From: Marsupella aquatica
Taxonomy: Eukaryota; Plantae; Marchantiophyta
NCBI GenBank assembly: GCA_973895155.1
Contig: OZ316898.1
Span: 6,683,079-6,747,078 of the forward strand
Reading direction: 5' to 3'
Length of the DNA: 64,000 nt
Shown: positions 59,655-64,000 of the stretch, piece after piece
Position numbering within the stretch: the first letter of the stretch is position 1
Layout of the letters: every line of letters begins with the position of its first letter
The notes under the pieces: generated by a model
Told to the model about the DNA's origin: nothing
The model's input: only the letters and a program-made list of their open reading frames with translations
Database searches by the model: none
Made by a program: the position numbers and the translations under genes

Positions 59655-62227
59655 TGAGTACAATTCAAGGACCCTTTCGCCTGGCTTTGCTCTATAGATG
59701 CCCGTCTAATTGGAAGGATCGTCGGGGAGGGCAATGTGGCACATCTGCGCCGATTTCCAGGGAAAGATGCATAGTTCCATTAGACTCACAAGTCGCTCCT
59801 CAAGCGGTCCATTAGTCCATTGGGAGGGTGACAGCCCAATCTTCGTCAGCTGTGGCAAGACAATGGATCAGTCACCGTGCTGTCCTTGACAACTGCGTCC
59901 TCTGGCACTTATTACACCATACCCCAGCAGCTCAGCATTGGCGTAATCCCAACCTGAAAGGAAATGTGGTGCAAGATGATTTTACGTTGCTTCTGTGAGT
60001 GAAATTTCTGTCACCGTCTGGGTGTGGAGTGCACAGGTTCTGAGTGTGGCTGCCCACCCATCAAAGTTTGTAGTCTGCTATTTTGAACTAAACCAATATG
60101 TGTACTCCTTGCGGTACTAATATCGTAGAGCAATGACTCGAGTTTTATTTATAAAGTGCACTCATGACCCATTCGCAATACTTTTAGCCGGTTTTATTAG
60201 CAATTGGCAGATTTTGGGGGAGAGGACCAGTAGCTGGGTAGTTTAGACTCCTCGTTCAGCTGTCCACTTGGCTTTAATTAGTTAGTCGCCAGGCACTTGT
60301 TTGTCACCCTGGTCCCCGGCTCACCTGGTTTGCACTTCTAGGTTTTGTCCTCGCAGACTTCCCTCGTATTGTATCCTGTCAACTTTTTTATAAAATGTAA
60401 TTTCCAAGGCAGAACAACTCTGAAAGGAGACTCGTCCATTTTACGGGAAAACGCAAACCATAGGAGTAGAATTGATTCAGCTTGAGGAGAGAAATATGAC
60501 CTTTACTTTCTGGGATTTAGCAGGTTAGGAGGACTGTCATGTTGGTACTTTCTTGGCTGATCTGGGTTTTAGCAAGTCAGAAAGCCTCAATCTTTGCTCA
60601 CGTCTTGAGAGCAAGGTTTACAAATTTAAGTGACAGATTTGGAAAAGGACCTTGCTGTCGGTTCACAGCTTGTATTTCTTGAAAACGTGTCAAGCGTCAT
60701 GTACTGATTGTTTCAAATTGCTTGTCTTAAGAGCAAGTTTCACAAAAGTGGCAGATTTGAAAAAGGACCTACTCTGTTAACTGCAGCTCATAGCTTTTCA
60801 AGTTTTCAGAACCATATCAAGCTTCATTGTTTTAAATTTCTTTATCAATGGTCTACAACGCACAATGGCTATGACTTTATGGATGGCCTTGATCGAAATG
60901 AATTTGAGGAATTGTTCGGTGATGTAGTACACATCGTCGAGTTTCATTTTCACCGGATGTTCAATCGGTTCAGCCATTCAAAGACTGGCTCTTTGGTCAG
61001 GCTCAATCACTGCTGCAAATGTACTGCTTTTCTCCCAGACGGTTCAGAGCAGTCTTCGACTCCTTTACACAATTTGTTCAGCATCAGTTTTGTATTGCGT
61101 GGAGTGAGCCTGTGAGAACCTTGCATCTTGAATTTAAGATTAGAATCTGGAGAGGAAGTAGTATTTGTGGGTTGCTGTTTGCTTGGACTACAGCCAAGCT
61201 TTGAGACCCCGCTTGCTTAAGTGTTTTTGGACTTCTTGGTGTGCGTTCAGTCAGCTGGTGCAACTGTCAGATGACTCTGTGTACAACTCAAGCATCCCGA
61301 TTGTCCGAATTACTTTTCTGTTTCCGTTGGATCCTCATTCAGTTCACGAGGTAGTGGGAACAGCTGGACATCGGTTCTTTATCATTTAACGATAGATATA
61401 TTTGTAGTCACAATGCTTTAGTCCTTGCTCATTGCAGTCTTTGATCTGAGAATAAATTTTCAAGTGAGGTTTGAAATAGACGATTCACCTAGTTCAATTT
61501 TAGCTCCATCCCAGCCAGTGATCAAGTTTTAGAAGAGAAGGATTCCTGCAAAATTCGAAAGCATTACTGATCGGGTACACTCAACCAAAAGGTATAGCAG
61601 CAGAGGGCCTCCTACTAGTAAGGACCTTACTTGTTCAATCATGTGTTTTTGGTATTTAATCAGATACCAACAACAGCAAACTTTTTGAATGGAGAAGCGT
61701 AGTCCAGACGTGCTTGCCGGACTTTGCATTGGCCGGACGAGAATCAATGAATGCATAGACTTTTTAAGTCTTCTGGGACCCAAATGGGCCATGGGCCAGA
61801 GAGTTTAAATCTGCTTTGCAAGTACGAGCCGAGTCACGATCCACAGAGCTTGTGCTATGAAGTCCGGAGAGAGGTTGCCAAGGAGAAATAATTAATCTTG
61901 ACAAGATGTCTTCTGATCTCAGTGTGACAAAAATGCATTGAAAGAACAAGGTGTATTAACTCAGGTCTAGATCTAGGCTACTCTTGGAAGGTACATTCTA
62001 ACAAGAAGTTGTTGTTGTCGTAAACGTAGCCTTGTAATTTTCCCCGCTGCAGCTTTTGAAAGGGAGCAAGTAATGAAGTGCATCACAATGATACGGTTTC
62101 AAAGAGAAGCTGTTCTGCTCCTGATGGATATACCGGTCAAGGCATATCGAAGCAAAGAAGCGCATTTAGAGGGCTTATTCAGAACTTTTCGAATAATTTC
62201 ACTTTCGACACTTTCGACGTGTAATGG

Positions 62228-63987
62228 CTAAAGTTTCCGAAGAATCTCTTCGCCTACTTTGATATAATATGCAAGACGCTGCGTCCATGACACTGCTCGT
62301 TTAAGATCCTCATCTCTGAAGGAGCTCTCCAATTCCTTTTCACAGTTCAGAATCCTGTCATTGTTTTCAGCTTCAGCAGCCTTGAGTGCTTCAGCATCGG
62401 AGATTTCACTGATTGATTCACGAATTTCCATAATCTCCATAAGGAGTTCAGGATCATCAATGGTTCCCTCCTCTTCAACTTTAATACCATGGAGTCCTAA
62501 CAGGTATCTCGCTCTTGACAAAGGACGGAGCAGGATGTAATATGCTTGAATGACAAGCGATGACTGATCTGCTGAGTATTCTCTTTCTCTCTGCGACTTT
62601 GACCCAGCTAGGTCAGGGTGGAGTTTTTTTTGCAAGGACTTATAACTCTGCTCCAGCCCTTTAAGGTCCACCTTAAAGCTTCGGTCTCTGGACATACCAA
62701 CGGAAACATAAGACTTCGATGCCCAACAATGCCAAAACCCTATTATCTTGTCCTTTGAAGGGAGCAGATAGACTCTCTGAACAACTGCACTGAGAACCCT
62801 CAAACAGAACACAAGAGACCTAAGCCCTAAGCAGGCCCTTCTTTCATGAATGAGACTGTTGAATAGTTGATAAGCGATGTAACGACAGATCGCTTCGTAC
62901 ATCGCTTCGTTAATATCTGTATTGAATAAAGACCAGAATGTCTCTCGTTTCCAATCTTTTAGGCACGTCGTGACTTAAACCCGCATCGGCAAATAACGGC
63001 GCTGTTGCAAATTCTATGGAAGTTGTTGACATTTAGGTACAAAAATCATTGTGAAGGGTAAATACTCAAACTTCAAGAATATGGAGTAGAGCTACTCAGA
63101 CTCGCGGTTTAAATTATTCTTAGACCTCCATAAAAGTCAAGCCCCACATCCTTGCATTATGAACGGAACTCGAATTAGAGGAATTGTGGTACAGACAATA
63201 ATACCTTGAGAATGAAAGATGGGACCTTCGCAGCTCGAATTGTACCCTTACAAACCTCACTGGTTTCCCAATGAGTAAAACGAACAAATGTAAACAAACA
63301 AGCCAAACAGCGATGATCTCTGACATCCTTGAGAGCCCATATTAATAGTTCACAGCAGAGTGGGCATTGGCACGTCGAGCATGGGGGTATTATGCCCATG
63401 AAAGCAAGGCCTCAGACCGACATGTCCCCAAATCCTGATATCACATTCTCTTCTAGAGGGAATCAAAACAGAGCGGAAAGGGACTACTCTGGCTTGTTCG
63501 CAGTAAGAACTTACAAACTGAAAATTTGGAAGAAGTCAACCGTCGGGTCCAGAGGTTGAATTGCCTTGCAGGAGGGACAAAGTAATCCATTCCCGGTAGA
63601 TGCTTCGTGCTCACACGACCAACACCGACGTTCCGTCCGCTTGGCTGAAATATCCGTAAACCTCCTTCTCCACAAGGATTTTGCATCGGTGGATGCAGCA
63701 AAGCACTGTGCAAATGTGCTTTGACAGGATACAGACTTCGAAATTGACCTAAGTGGAAGCAGCTCACGGTGGCAGGTCGAAGATTTAGAAGCGGGACATG
63801 GGTGTGAATCTTGTAGCAAGCCCTCCCCACCTGAGAGTTTACGAAAGGGAGGACGGACACGGGAGGCAGAGGAACAACTTTCCCCCAGTGATCCGGAAGT
63901 TGTGGAGCACAGAAGAGCAGAAAATGGTCGAACAACTTGAATGACAACTTGCGAAAACTTTGAGCGATACGCAAGTTGTCCTCTCAT
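62228..63987 (-). CDS. HSCB: Mitochondrial Fe-S cluster co-chaperone HscB/Jac1, 2 exons: 63987-63515 and 62687-62228 (310 aa)
   Basis: Transit-peptide-like N-terminus, CWSC..CPSC motif, DFFQIFSL|DRSF..LQKKLHPD J-domain and HSCB C-terminal domain (LMEIMEIRE). The phase-2 intron GTAAGT (63514) .. TCCAG (62688) joins the exons in frame (933 nt). Confidence 0.95.
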
Positions 63988-64000
63988 GGCTGCTCGTAAT

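Noticed and set aside
62688-62902. N-terminal part of the 224-aa ORF as coding sequence
   Set aside because: It lies in the HscB intron; homology and splice sites place the exon start at 62687.

Overview
Eukaryotic land-plant DNA, most likely a bryophyte/liverwort (inferred from GT-AG introns, TTTAGGG repeats, an HscB gene and the style of the F-box gene); no prokaryotic features or CRISPR array. (1) Bases 1 to about 10.7 kb look like one end of a large decaying DNA transposon. It has a disrupted Sola/DUF7869-like transposase with two N-terminal Tnp1/En/Spm-like domains, two unrelated internal tandem arrays both packed with one CpG-rich dyad (ACGCG-N6-CGCGT, also present next to the putative terminus), and frameshifted F-box-like cargo ORFs. 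(2) 15-61 kb holds a cluster of five TORNADO1-like LRR-ROC-COR (Roco) paralogues whose coding regions appear intron-free. Copies A (16.2-21.8 kb, minus) and C (30.9-37.1 kb, plus) are full length and form the arms of a ~23 kb inverted duplication. Copy B lacks the C-terminal domain and lies head-to-head with C, copy D is LRR-only, and copy E is a fragmented pseudogene. The paralogues are sequence mosaics of one another, differ in copy number (0, 1 or 3) of an 86-aa LRR module, and have highly variable N-termini. This is how NLR immune-receptor clusters behave, and it is the best candidate for an undescribed system here. (3) An F-box gene (45.4-46.6 kb) and a two-exon HscB Fe-S co-chaperone gene (62.2-64.0 kb) complete the window. 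Family assignments are from remembered motifs and identity statements are by eye; none were computed.
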